Shown here: positions 1-11,145 of the stretch, piece by piece
Position numbering within the stretch: position 1 is the first letter of the stretch
Layout of the letters: the number at the start of each line of letters is the position of its first letter
Assembly: GCA_951406725.2 (NCBI GenBank)
Contig: OX597833.1
Location: forward strand, 32,798,001-32,862,000
Length of the DNA stretch: 64,000 bases
DNA from: Octopus vulgaris
Taxonomy: Eukaryota
Direction: 5' to 3'
Notes under the pieces: generated by a model
Told to the model about the DNA's origin: nothing
Seen by the model: only the letters and a program-made list of their open reading frames with translations
Databases searched by the model: none
Made by a program: the position numbers and the translations under genes

Positions 1-2120
1 TTGTCATTTGCAGCGTATAGTTTTAGGTCATCCATATATAAAAGGTGGCTGATCGTTTTGCCGTAACATTTATATCCGCATCCAGTTCTATTTAGCATAT
101 CAGATAGAGGTGACAGTGCCAAGCAGAAAAGGAGTGGAGAGAGCGTGTCTCCCTGGAATATTCCTCTTCTGATGGGGATGTCTTTGGTTTTCATGAGTCC
201 CTCTTTTGTTTGGAGATGTAGGACTGTTTGCAATTTATTCATAGAGTGCTCTATGAATTTTATGATTGTTGGTGCTACTTTGTTAATGGCTAGTGTTTCG
301 AGGATCCATGTGTGGGGGATGCTATCAAACGCCTTTTTGTAGTCAATCCAGGCCATACTGAGGCCTTTCTTCTTTCTGTGGCTGTCTTCAGTTACGGCTT
401 TATTAATCATTAGTTGATCTTTACAGCCATATGAGCCTTTGCGGCATCCTTTCTGCTCTTCTGGGAACAGTTTGTTTTCGTCCAGGTGCTTGTTCAGCCT
501 TTGCGATATCACTGCAGTAAATGCCTTGAACATAGTAGGGAGGCAGGTTATTGGTCTGTAGTTTTCTGGTTTTGCTGTTTCATTTGATTTGGGAATTAAG
601 ATGGTTTTCCCCTTCGTGAGCCATTCAGGCATTGTCTCTGGCTCTGCTAGTATGCTGTTAAAGTTTTCAGCCAGCTTTTTGTGCATTCCTGTTAGATATT
701 TCAACCAGAAGTTGGGGATCTTGTCATGCCCAGGTGCCTTCCAGTTGCTTAGTTTTTGCAGTGCCTGGGTGACCTCTTCAGTTGTTACGGGGGTCTAAAG
801 TTGTTCAGATGCCGAGTTTGTTATTTTGATACTCCTTTTTTTTGGCTGTTCGTTCGCCGACCATATTTCCCTCCAGAATTCATCCAATTCTTCTGCCGTT
901 GGTGCTGCAGTGACTTCTATTTTATTTTTTCCCAGATCTTGGTACAACTTTTTGGGGTTGGTGTTGAACTTTTTGTTCTGTTCAAAGAAGCGTTGGCGTT
1001 TCTCGTACCGGCGGATCCTTTGAGCTTTGGCAAGGATATCTTGCTTCAGCTTTTCTTTTATCTCCGGCAAATCTTTTTCTGTGATGTTATATTTGCGGAG
1101 CATTTTTGTTCTCTTTTTGTTGCTCAGTAGCGTTGATTCTTTGCTGATTTCATTAAGAATCGACAGGTCTTTTCTAATTTTTTAAATTTTGTTTTGGATG
1201 TTATTTATCCACAGGGTTTGTTTGGGTGGTGGTACTCCTGTTTGGGCGGGTTTGGGTGAGTATCCAGCTTCTTTTGTGGCTGCAGTGGCTGCTGCGTATA
1301 TCAAGTCATTTAGTTCAGTGATATCACTTTTTTTTGTTTCAGTGGCTAGTTCAGTGACGGCTAGGTTTATGCTGTTTATAATTGGTGTTGTTATTTCGTT
1401 TATTTTTATTCTTGGGAGGTATGGTCGGTGGTCCATTTTGGGCTCTGTGGTTTTCAGTTCTAAGATTATTTTATTTTTTATATTATCATAATCATTAGGC
1501 TCCCCTTCGTTGTTTACATCGTGTTTGTTGGGAATGTTGCGTTTGTCTTCGTGTTTTACAGTTTCAGTGTTTATATTATTGGGCATTGTTGTGTGGCTTC
1601 TATCTACATTTTCCTGGTGTATTTTTTCTTTTAAATGTTCTATTTCTATTTCTGATATTTTTTTGGCTTTGAGAATGTATCTTCGTACGTTAGCTAATTT
1701 ATTAGGGTTCATTGCTGTATCCAAGTCTATATCTCTATTATTTTCCTTCCATATTTTATATGTATGTGTTGTTGTATTTTCATTTTTGGGGTAGAGTACT
1801 GCTGTGTAGTATGCGTGTAAGATAGAAATGTATTCCTCACGTGTCCATTTACGTCTTTTGGGTTTTATTTGCGGGACATGAGGTACAACGTCCGGCCCAT
1901 TATTTTGACGGTCGTCATTTTCGTAGGGTACCGGTCCGTTTATTTCTGTTGTCACATTATTTCGCACGTGTAGTTTTTCGTACATTTTTTGTTGTAGGTT
2001 TAATGTACGTACCGCTCGATTGTTATTCTTGGGTTGAATAGTATCGGTGGCATTTAATTTCTTCGTAGTTCCTTTGTACATGGTGTTTGAGGTCGGGGAT
2101 GATCGTGATGTTCCACGCAT
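1..2120 (-). mobile_element. Decayed R4/Dong-clade (RLE-type) non-LTR retrotransposon, N-terminus plus RT, running off the left edge
   Basis: One minus-strand frame from ATG 2120 with two in-frame stops (1182-1184, 795-797). It has an N-terminal KRRKWTREE...NKLANVRRYIL motif, then RT motifs KAPGHD, PENYRPITCLPT, EQKGCRKGSYGCKDQL, WIDYKKAFDSIPH, RGIFQGDTLSPLLF and HLLYMDDLKL (YMDD at 27-38). The 5' end abuts a (TAA)n tract. Confidence 0.88.
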
Positions 2121-2121
2121 G

Positions 2122-2175
<54 letters not shown>

Positions 2176-2186
2176 CATCATTATTA

Positions 2187-2335
2187 TTCAGGCCATTTCC
2201 TGAAATCGAACTCGGGATCTTGGTGTTAGTAGCCTGCGCTCTTAACCACTACGCCATATGCCCGTTTGCGTAGTGGTTCAGAGCGCAGGCTACTAACCTC
2301 AAGATTCCGATTTCGATTCCAGGAAATGGCCTGAA
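2187..2335. mobile_element. Head-to-head palindrome of two tRNA-derived SINE-like heads flanked by (TTA)n/(TAA)n
   Basis: Arms 2187-2254 and 2268-2335 are imperfect reverse complements. Each has an A-box-like TAGTGGTT and a B-box-like (G/T)TTCGATT(C/T)C and runs outward into a TAA tail. Confidence 0.7.
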
Positions 2336-2346
2336 TAATAATGATG

Positions 2347-2415
<69 letters not shown>

Positions 2416-2419
2416 CTCA

Positions 2420-2562
2420 TATATGTTTAAATGATAAACTTTTGGAAACTTGAACGGATTTTTACAGTTCCAGTGATGGATTAGATCTGTAGTCTTCGAA
2501 TTAGCTTTCTCCTTTCTGGTTTTGAGAAGCCCAATTTCTCTAGATTGCTATTTAGGCAGTGT
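2420..2562 (-). mobile_element. C-terminal fragment of an RLE-type LINE
   Basis: Minus strand reads HCLNSNLEKLGFSKPERRKLIRRLQI*SITGTVKIRSSFQKFII*, which resembles the end of restriction-like-endonuclease LINE ORFs. Confidence 0.5.
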
Positions 2563-2654
2563 GTGTGTGCGTGTCTATGTATGTATGTATGTATGTATGT
2601 ATGTATGTATGTATGTATGGATAGTTTGTTTTATATATATATATATATATATAT

Positions 2655-2867
2655 GTCGTGAAGTATATTTGCCACTTAAATGTGGCTAACCCCTAAGGGT
2701 GGATGCTACTGTAGCTTGTAGCCCCATGAGGACACCTACTCCAGCTGGCTATTGACACACTTTCTGTGCCCTATCAGAATTTGCAAAGGGAAGCCATCCT
2801 TCCCATCTTCAGCCTGTATGATACACATGGACTCGAGTTTCTGAGTATTGACCCGTCATCAGCGTGT
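2655..2867 (-). repeat. PLE pseudo-LTR-like repeat (hammerhead plus structured module), between (TA)n tracts
   Basis: Closely similar to 38133-38340 and partly to 38930-39085. Contains a hammerhead motif. Confidence 0.75.
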
Positions 2868-2868
2868 A
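2821..2868 (-). ncRNA. Minimal type I hammerhead ribozyme motif
   Basis: Minus strand: ATACACG CTGATGA CGGGTCAATACTCA GAAA CTCGAG TC CATGTGTAT. Core intact, palindromic stem III, GUC site, one mismatch each in stems I and II. Confidence 0.75.
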
Positions 2869-2948
2869 TATATATATATATATATATAATATTAATTAGA
2901 GACAAAACCACTATTTTGCAAATCTGTAAATTTGGATTTATTCCCTAA

Positions 2949-2996
<48 letters not shown>

Positions 2997-3099
2997 CATA
3001 CATAGATTCAAATGAATATGGTACTTAAGTTGAGGCACCAGAATTTAGTACGGTATTATCCATACAATTTCAAAATAAGGTGATTAAAGTCAAAATGAG

Positions 3100-3390
3100 C
3101 AACAAGGATATCCAGAGCTAATGCAGTACGATCGATTCACGCAACTCCATTTAATTGAATAATGCAACCATTACTTCTAAGCTGAAGTGAAGGCAGCATG
3201 TTCTTTGTCTATCTCTTTAACTTCTTGGAGATTTTAAGTAAAATTATACTAATGTGTCCATCTGTTTTAATTTAATCAAATTCTATGACTTTGTGTAGTT
3301 GAGGCTCGCTCTGCATTTAAATTGATGTAATGGTTGCATTGTTCAATTAAATGTATTTGCCTTAAACGATCGTGCTGGGTATCCTTGTTT
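3100..3390. repeat. Old imperfect inverted repeat with hammerhead-like remnants
   Basis: caaggatatccag...catttaattgaataatgcaaccattac pairs with gtaatggttgcattgttcaattaaatg...ctgggtatccttg. A remnant AAACGATCGT (GAAA plus palindrome) is present. Confidence 0.55.
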
Positions 3391-3397
3391 CTTATTT

Positions 3398-3432
<35 letters not shown>

Positions 3433-3501
3433 ATAGAAAGAAAATAGATAGATAGATAGATAGACAGAGAGACAGACGGACAGGCTGGTAGATAGATAGA
3501 C

Positions 3502-3547
<46 letters not shown>

Positions 3548-3548
3548 G

Positions 3549-3593
<45 letters not shown>

Positions 3594-3844
3594 GCTTTTG
3601 TTACCAATCATATGAATACGTTGTGTCACGATTACATGAACTTAATTTAAACACACAGGTACCAACACACATGTCCTATATAAATATATATTATGAAGAT
3701 TAGTCCTTAATACAAAACTAATTTTTATTGCTTTCGACTGGGGTAAAGTGTTATGCGCTTAATCTTCCCAGGTACTCCAAATCCAGTAAAATTGGTACGT
3801 TTAACATTCCTCTCGAACAATTACAGGAAAACTATTCTGTAATC

Positions 3845-4006
3845 AGAAATATTAAATTTCTAAATATCTCATAGAGATAAGTACGGTGGTGGGGCGATAG
3901 AGTGGTTGTATACTGTCAACTTAACGTGACAGTAAGGGAATTACACCACCGCTGTTTAGCCCTAGGAAGCATCGACGCTTCCTGTTGGCCTCGACACATT
4001 TCCTGT
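3845..4006 (+). repeat. Dispersed repeat related to the 56864-57137 palindrome
   Basis: Shares gtacggtggtggggcgatag, gtatactgtcaa, cgtgacagta, tacaccaccg, tagccctagga and tcgacacattt with the 56.9-kb element. Confidence 0.75.
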
Positions 4007-4950
4007 AATGCAGGTGATATAACCAATCATAACCCTCGAAAACGATACTTCGATTGGCCAGTCCAATGACTGTTACTATTTAGAGAAGAGAAGAAATTAT
4101 TTTGATTTCGAAATATATTTCCGTGTAAAAAATAAGGTTATTTTTCTTATGAATTTTTTTTTTCTGTTTTCTTTCCCTTCACTTCAATCGTTCAAGTATG
4201 CATATCAGATCAAATTTCTGGTGTTAAATAACAAATTGAAAATAGATACATATCAAGCAACAGCATTTATTTAGTTGTGTAATTCAATAACCATCTAGAT
4301 TTAATCGTGTATGACATTCTCTTTTCAATCTATTTTCATCAAGTGAAACGTAATTAGATATCTTTAAAACCACTCGCCTGAATTAAACACACCTATATCA
4401 AATTGATTATCAGCTATCTTATTTATAGATCGACTTGCTAAACAACTTCGTTTGTTCTTATAACAGACTGACACGCGCAAAATATCTTATGGTATTATCA
4501 GGTGGTCAGTATTTGTTGGTTGGTATAGATATCGTAACATTTCTTAGGTGAAGTGAAACGGAAAATATTTGTTGACAATAGAACAGAATTGGTTTCTTTC
4601 TTTGCAATTGGCGTGTTTAATAAACAAGAGACCCATACATAGAGCATTTGTTTGTGTTTTCTTAAAGGATATTGTTTTCCTCCCTCATAGAGACAGGTGC
4701 CGTGAAACAGGAAACCACTTTGTTCAGTGACATCTACATAAACAAATGTAACAACTATGACATAGCGTTTGTTGGTGCCTTCAGTATGGAAACATTTAAT
4801 GACTTGAATCACCCGAGTTGCCCCATTGAACCGCTGAAACAACAGATGACAATTATTAGTGATCTCTATCCCCTTGTGGGCAATAAAGAAATATATATGA
4901 GGAAATGCTGTAAAGGTGACAAGACATAGGTTGGTGTTTTCTATTTCGAC

Positions 4951-5057
4951 ATACTGACTTCGGTAGTATAGATTCTAAAATTGAAACGATACACAGAAGA
5001 GTAACAGGGCCCTTGTGCAAGGATGACCCGCAAATTCGCGAAGCTTTCCATATTTTT
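4951..5057 (+). pseudogene. U6: U6 snRNA pseudogene (full length, 107 nt)
   Basis: Colinear with U6 from the 5' hairpin (CTTCGG) to TTCCATATTTTT. The ACAGAGA box reads ACACAGA and the catalytic AGC triad reads AAC. Confidence 0.9.
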
Positions 5058-5060
5058 AAA

Positions 5061-6563
5061 GGCGCAGGCGTGACTGTGTAGTAAGAAGCTTCCTTCCAAA
5101 CCAGATGGTTCCAGGTTCAGTCCCTCTGCGTAGCATCTTGAGCAAGTGTCTTCTACTATAGCCTTGGACTGACCAAAGCTTTGTGAACTGATTTGGCAGA
5201 CGGAAAGTGAAAGAAGCCTGTCGTGTACATGTATATACGAGGGACGTTCAATAAGTAATGCCTCTGACCCACTGGCAGTTGTTTGATCTAGCTGAAATTT
5301 TGCATGTAAAATCATTTCTATCTCTATAGAGTAAGTGGCAAATTACAGCTCTGAATTAATTGTGGTTTCTGAGTTACAGGTGTTTGAACCGAGTCAAGTG
5401 TGAAATGGAGCCTGTTGAGTGTCGAGCAGTGATCCGGTTTTTGTATTTGAAAGGACGCACACCACGGGAGACTTTTGATGAAATGAAAGTAACTTATGGT
5501 GATGATACCCCATCATATGACCTTGTAAAACGCTGGCATCGTGAATTCAAACATGGTCGGAACTCTGTGGAAACAGCTCCCAGATCTGGTCGCCCCTTCT
5601 GCCATTGATGAGGCATCTGTCCGTCAAGTTGAGGCTGCCATTTTGGAAGATCGACGCATAATTATTCGCCAAATAGGCCATGAGGTCAAGATTAGTACCG
5701 GGTCTGTGGAAACTATCATTCATGACCATTTGCATATGCAAAAGGTGTCTGCCAGATGGATTCCCAGGTTGCTCACGCCTTTCCAGAAGCAAGAACGCGT
5801 CGAGTGCTCGAGGGTGAATTTGGAGATGTGCCAAGAAGATGAGTAAAAATTTTTCAAAAGACTGATTACACAGGATGAAACCTGGGTCCATCACGATGAT
5901 CCAGAGACCAAAGCCCAGTCAATGCAGTGGAAGCACCGTGACTCACCCCTCCAAAGAAGGCAAGGGTGCAGCCCTCCGCTGGCAAGGTCATGCTCACAGT
6001 CTTCTGGAACCAGGACGGAGTAGTGATGACAGATTTCTTGGCAAAGGGTACCACAATTGCAGGAGCCTATTATGCTTCACTTTTGAGGAAATTAAGAGAA
6101 GTTATCAAAATCAAGAGGCGGGGCAAGATCAGCAAAGGCATCCTCCTCCTGCAGGACAACGCTCCTGTCCACAATTCGCTTGTCGCCAGATCAGAAGCAC
6201 AGGCGTATGGCTATGAACTCCTCCCCCATCCCCCTACTTTCCTGACCTTGCACCCTCCGATTTTCACCTCTTCCCAGTCATGAAGTTGTTTTTGAAAGAA
6301 AAGCGTTTCCCAGATGATGCAGCCTTGATTTCTGAAGTCACGTTCAGGTTGGAGGACCAAGCTGGGGGTCTTCTACAAAAACGGTCTCCAGAGCTGCATC
6401 AAACAATGGGAGAAATGCGTAACTCTGTGTGGTTCCTATGTAGAAAAAGACTAATAACTGTGCCAAGTTTCGTTGCTCTACTGCTATGGGAAGTGGGTCA
6501 GGGGCATTACTTATTGAACGCCCCTCGTATATATATATATATACGAGGGGCGTTCAATAAGTA

Positions 6564-6622
<59 letters not shown>

Positions 6623-6833
6623 TGTGTGTTTGCTTGTTCCACTGCCATCAATAGCTGATGTTGGTGTGTTTATGTCGCCGTAACTTTGCAGTTCAACAAA
6701 AGACAATGATAGAGTAAGTACTAGGCTTACAAAGAATAAGTCCTGGGGTCGATTTCTTCGACTAAAACCGTTTAAGTTGGTGCTATAGCATGGCCGCAGT
6801 CAAATGACTGAAACAAGTAAAAGAATAAAAGAA
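5061..6833 (+). mobile_element. tRNA-derived SINE (family A), split by a mariner inserted in its internal microsatellite
   Basis: The 5' half 5061-5224 (GGCGCAGG...GGTTCAGTCCC) and the 3' half ~6622-6833 (ending gaaacaagtaaaaga) match intact copies at 38385 and 61451. Confidence 0.85.
5238..6527 (+). mobile_element. Full-length mariner (DD34D) transposon with frameshifted transposase
   Basis: TIRs CGAGGG(A/G)CGTTCAATAAGTAATGCC(T/C)CTGACCC and a TA TSD. Motifs MEPVECRAVIRFLYLKG, WIPRLL, TQDETWVHH, LLQDNAPVH and HPPY.PDLAPSDFHLF are split over several frames with stops. Confidence 0.95.
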
Positions 6834-7111
6834 TATATAATGAGAGCAAGCGTAGAAGTGGTCGGACTATTGTATAAGAGCAACTGTAAGGACACGGGAA
6901 AAACATTATTTGGTGGGCCTTATATATGGACAGATGTAACGACAGAGGACACAACGTTGATTGTTATTCACAACATGGACTCGAAACAGAGTTCCTTATA
7001 TGAACAAATGGAACGCAGCATTGATTGACTTCTTTATGTCTGTTGTAATGGTTAGTCACAACGCATAGGTTGATTTTTCCTGTATTGTTAGATATAAGAT
7101 TGAAGGTTATT

Positions 7112-7312
7112 CTTTTCTACTCTAGACACAAGGCCCGAAATTTTGGGGAGTGCGCAACAGTACGCAACTGTTGATACTTAATTTATCGAAAGGATGAAAG
7201 GCAAAGTCGACCTCGACGGAATTTGAACTCAGACCGTAAAGACAGACGAAACACCGCTAAACATTTCGCCCGGCGTGCTAACGTTTCTACCAGCTCGCCG
7301 CCTTAAGGGTTA
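7112..7312 (-). mobile_element. tRNA-derived SINE family C (Nin/Deu-like domain)
   Basis: Reverse complement of ggcgagctgg...gagttcaaattcc...ggtcgactttgcctttcatcc. Approximate TSD aaggttatt. Confidence 0.8.
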
Positions 7313-7650
7313 AAGGTTATTATATAAGTTATGATCATTAGAGACAAAGAATGTCTTAACTTTCTATGCGGGATAAATACAGTATACCTTAAAGAGTTGC
7401 GAATTGTTTTTTTGGAAGTCGAATACTTGATCAGTGTTCTCATTCTATGTCGTGCATATTACACGTTCGCAATTAGGGGCAAGGATGCGGTGTCTGAACG
7501 ACCTGTTTGCATTCTCTTAATAGCATCCAAGGTTTTCTGCTAATTCAGAAAGTCATCTTTACATGGGGTCAAAAGGTGGGAATCTGTAGCACAGCAGCGT
7601 TAGGCCACAGTCTTACAGCGCAGATATAGAATAATCGACTAGAGTAAAGA

Positions 7651-7979
7651 GTGTGAGGGCGCGTGGCTTAGAGGTTAGGGCATTCGGCTCATGATCGTAA
7701 GGTTGTGAGTTCGATTCCCGGCGACGCGTTGTGTCCTTGAGCAAGACACTTTATTTCACGTAGCTCCAGTCCACTCAGCTGGCAAAAATGAGTTGTACTT
7801 GTATTTCAAAGGGTCAACCTTGTCACTCTCTGTGTCACGCTGATTATCCCCGAGAACTACGTTAAGGGTACACGTGTCTGTGGAATGCTCAGCCATTTGC
7901 ACGTTAATTTCACGAGCAAGCTGTTCCGTTGATCGTATCAGCTGGGACCCTCGTCGTCGTAACCGGCGGAGTCTTTTTA
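7651..7979 (+). mobile_element. tRNA-derived SINE family B with 10-bp TSD
   Basis: A box GTGGCTTAGAGG, B box GAGTTCGATTCCC, central gtgtccttgagcaagacactt. TSD agagtaaaga at 7641-7650 and 7980-7989. Confidence 0.85.
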
Positions 7980-8921
7980 AGAGTAAAGAACAGTTTGGCG
8001 TTTGATATTCCGTAATATGTGAGGCGACTAGCAAGAAATGTCACCGCACCAGACAAAATGCTTAGGGACATTCCTCAAAACGTTCTGAGTTCAATTTCCT
8101 TCAGGGTCGATTTTGCCTTAATCCTTTCGGCGTCGATAAATAAATACTTGACAAACACTGTGGTTGACTTGCTCCCTTCTGGCCAAATTCCAGCCCTTGC
8201 GCTAAATGAAGAAAAGATATTCCATAATATGTTTGTGAATTAGTAATATATAAGTAAAGATCTTATAAGTAGGAGTTGTGTATCATGGTGACTACTGCTA
8301 TAGATGGTATAGTTATAGTAGACATACCAAAGGGCCACTAATTAGGTATTCTTGTTATAGTTTAGCTCCAAACGCTCTATGGCCGAGTAGACCTGTAATC
8401 AATAACGCTTTCATATTGGTCATCATGTGTTTGTTTTATTTTTTATATTGTTCAGTCATGTCGCATCTAGCTCTCTATTACTCCGTATATTCACCCTTTC
8501 TATGTTAGGGTCTCAAAAATTTGAATATATACTTGTGATATTCTTTTCGCCAAGAATTCGAAATAATATTAATGTGTTAAAAAAAGGGGGTGAATTCCCC
8601 TATTTATCCGGGTATTCTCTACACGTCTCACACCTTTTCAGTCTCTCTCACTTTCGACAAATCCTAACGATACTACGTATAGAATTATATATGAAATCTG
8701 GCACAATTGCATGTTGGGCAAAAATGCATTCTGGTTGTGAACAGCTCGCCTTATATTCATATATGTGTGTCTGTGTGTGCGTGTGTGTATAAAGTGATAT
8801 GACCCATCTGGCATCAACACTTAACAACTGCTCCACGACCATTCGGTGGTACAGATGTGTTTCATAGGCTGATATATAGATATAACTCATTAAAATAACA
8901 TTTACGCAATGTGGTGACCGG

Positions 8922-9015
8922 ACAATTTGCCGTAAACAAATTCGCCGTAGGACTATTCGCCGTAAGACAATTAGCCGTACGGATATTTCGCTGCAAGGAA
9001 AAAAAAATTGCCGTA
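8922..9015 (+). repeat. About six degenerate ~15-bp tandem repeats (aattcgccgta), like DNA-transposon subterminal repeats
   Basis: caatttgccgta / caaattcgccgta / ctattcgccgta / caattagccgta / atttcgctgca / aattgccgta. Confidence 0.6.
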
Positions 9016-10175
9016 AAGCTTGGAAACTTGAAATTGCGTCGTTAATTAAATAATAGCCTATCGAGCGGCCTTTTACCTAGCTTCTGTGGAGGGCTCTTCA
9101 TTGGGCTGTGAGCCCAATAATGATACTTCATGCATTGAGTACATATTAAATTTTATTAAACTTGACCAATATTTTTCAAGCAATGGAAATTATTGCAAAG
9201 CTTCATGATAAACAAAATTTTTGTCTTTCTATTCGGGGGTCAGTATAATTCTTTTTCTGTATAACTTCTTTCTCTCTCTCTTTCTGTTGAGTGTTTTCAG
9301 CCATCACCATCACCAGTGCCACAACCATCGCCACCACAACTGCCATACATACACCATTCAGACTTCTCACGCCACTAGCATCAACACCTTTGACTTCGCC
9401 GACTTCCCCTCCACCACCATCACCACTGTCTTTCACATCCCTTACTATCACCGTCCTGCTTGACCGCCTCAACTACTACCACCACCGACAACATCAACAT
9501 CGTCGCCTCCGCCTCTGTCACAACTACAGCTCATACTATTACTATCACCCCATTACCATCTCAACTGTCAATCTACTACCGCCCTCACCTTCTCTATGCC
9601 TTGTATTACTCTCACCCCAGCAAAGGAGCAGAAGAGTCATTGAATAGGGAGAGAGGGGGTCAAAGTGCGACACACTGACACAAAAATTCGTTTTGGCATT
9701 TATATCTGTGTGCGCGCGCGCGTGTGTATGTACATATATACATGTATGTATGTGAATATATATATGGATCTATTCCATCTCAATCACAGATTTTTAAATT
9801 GATTTTTTAAAAACTAAACAATTCCATAGGAATGCGCGCGCGCGTGTGTGTGTTTGTTTGCAACAATGCCGGTGCTCACTGTCACCCTCCGTCATTTTAA
9901 TGACGAGTACATTTGCTGCGTTGGTGTTGTAAATTGCGAATAGCCACTTAAACAAGTTAGGTATGTATGTATGTATGTATGTATGTATGTATGTATGTAT
10001 ATATATATGAAGCCCAGTTACAACTACAGCCGGCTATTACTGGTAAAGGTTTCAGTTGCCAATTCTGTACAAGACATTGTAGATCTTTAGCTGGGCTAAA
10101 AAGTCACATTCGATCACAGCACCAGTAACAGTTAAGCTTCGTGCAATGGGCATACTCGATAACGAGGGGGCAGCC

Positions 10176-10243
<68 letters not shown>

Positions 10244-10532
10244 TATATATTCCAACAATTGAGGGTAAAATTAATTAATTAATCAATTTCACCAAGTATT
10301 CAGTATGCAAAGGGACCATTTAAGGCGAATTCAAATTATTACATTATATAAAAGGGCTTAGTAAAATAAATTACTTTGCCGCATACTGAACTCATTAGAA
10401 ATAGCAGCTAAAAAAACTTTTTTAAAACTATTTCCAATACTTAAAGAAAATCTCTCTCGTATAGTGTTTGCTCAATTCAACTCACGAAAGTATGAGGGTA
10501 GAAACATTAAAAAATCAAATGCAAAGGTTATT

Positions 10533-10585
10533 TGAGAACGTACGTTTCAAGATTAGTCAAAAACGACACTTCTATCATCAGCTCA
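10533..10585 (-). ncRNA. Hammerhead ribozyme motif, unit 1 (core intact)
   Basis: TGAG CTGATGA TAGAAGTGTCGTTTTTGACTAATCTT GAAA CGTACG TT CTCA. Palindromic stem III and GUU site. Confidence 0.75.
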
Positions 10586-11092
10586 GAACTCCCTGGTTTG
10601 GATTTGAAAACACTGAAAGTAGGAGCATACCTTTTCGGCTTCCCATCGCCTCCGAAGATCTACTCGAAACTAACAGTGCCAGCAAAATCAAACATGCAAG
10701 CGAAGAATTTCTGCTCTCCCCCTTCCACCAGCGTGGGTTAAAATCAGCAAACAACATGCTTTTTTTCGGTAAAATCCGAGGCATTAAATAGAGAGAGATG
10801 AATTATAATTTCAACAATTGAGGGTAAAATTAATTAATTAATCAATTTCACCAAGTATTCAGTATGCAAAGGGACCATTTAAGGCGAATTCAAATTATTA
10901 CATTATATAAAAGGGCTTAGTAAAATAAATTACTTTGCCGCATACTGAACTCATTAGAAATAGCAGCTAAAAAAAACTTTTTTAAAACTATTTCCAATAC
11001 TTAAAGAAAATCTCTCTCGTATAGTGTTTGCTCAATTCAATTCACGAAAGTATGAGGGTAGAAACATTAAAAAATCAAATGCAAAGGTTATT

Positions 11093-11145
11093 TGAGAACG
11101 TACGTTTCAAGATTAGTCAAAAACGACACTTCTATCAACAGCTCA
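11093..11145 (-). ncRNA. Hammerhead motif, unit 2 (core mutated to CTGTTGA)
   Basis: Same as unit 1 except one substitution at 11138 in the conserved CUGA. Confidence 0.65.

Noticed and set aside
2686-2698. CTAACCCCTAA, resembling a telomerase template (CTAACCCTAA)
   Set aside because: It has an extra C, lies in a dispersed repeat, and is not conserved in the related copies at 21605 and 30368.
4951-5057. Functional U6 gene
   Set aside because: The ACAGAGA box and AGC triad are mutated and no clear upstream TATA/PSE is visible.
7655-7725. tRNA genes at SINE heads (also 2268, 17551, 38385)
   Set aside because: They have A and B boxes but no complete cloverleaf with acceptor stem, and they continue into repeat bodies.
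9203-9678. His/Thr/Pro-rich ORFs
   Set aside because: Degenerate (CAC/CAT)n low-complexity sequence, open in several frames.
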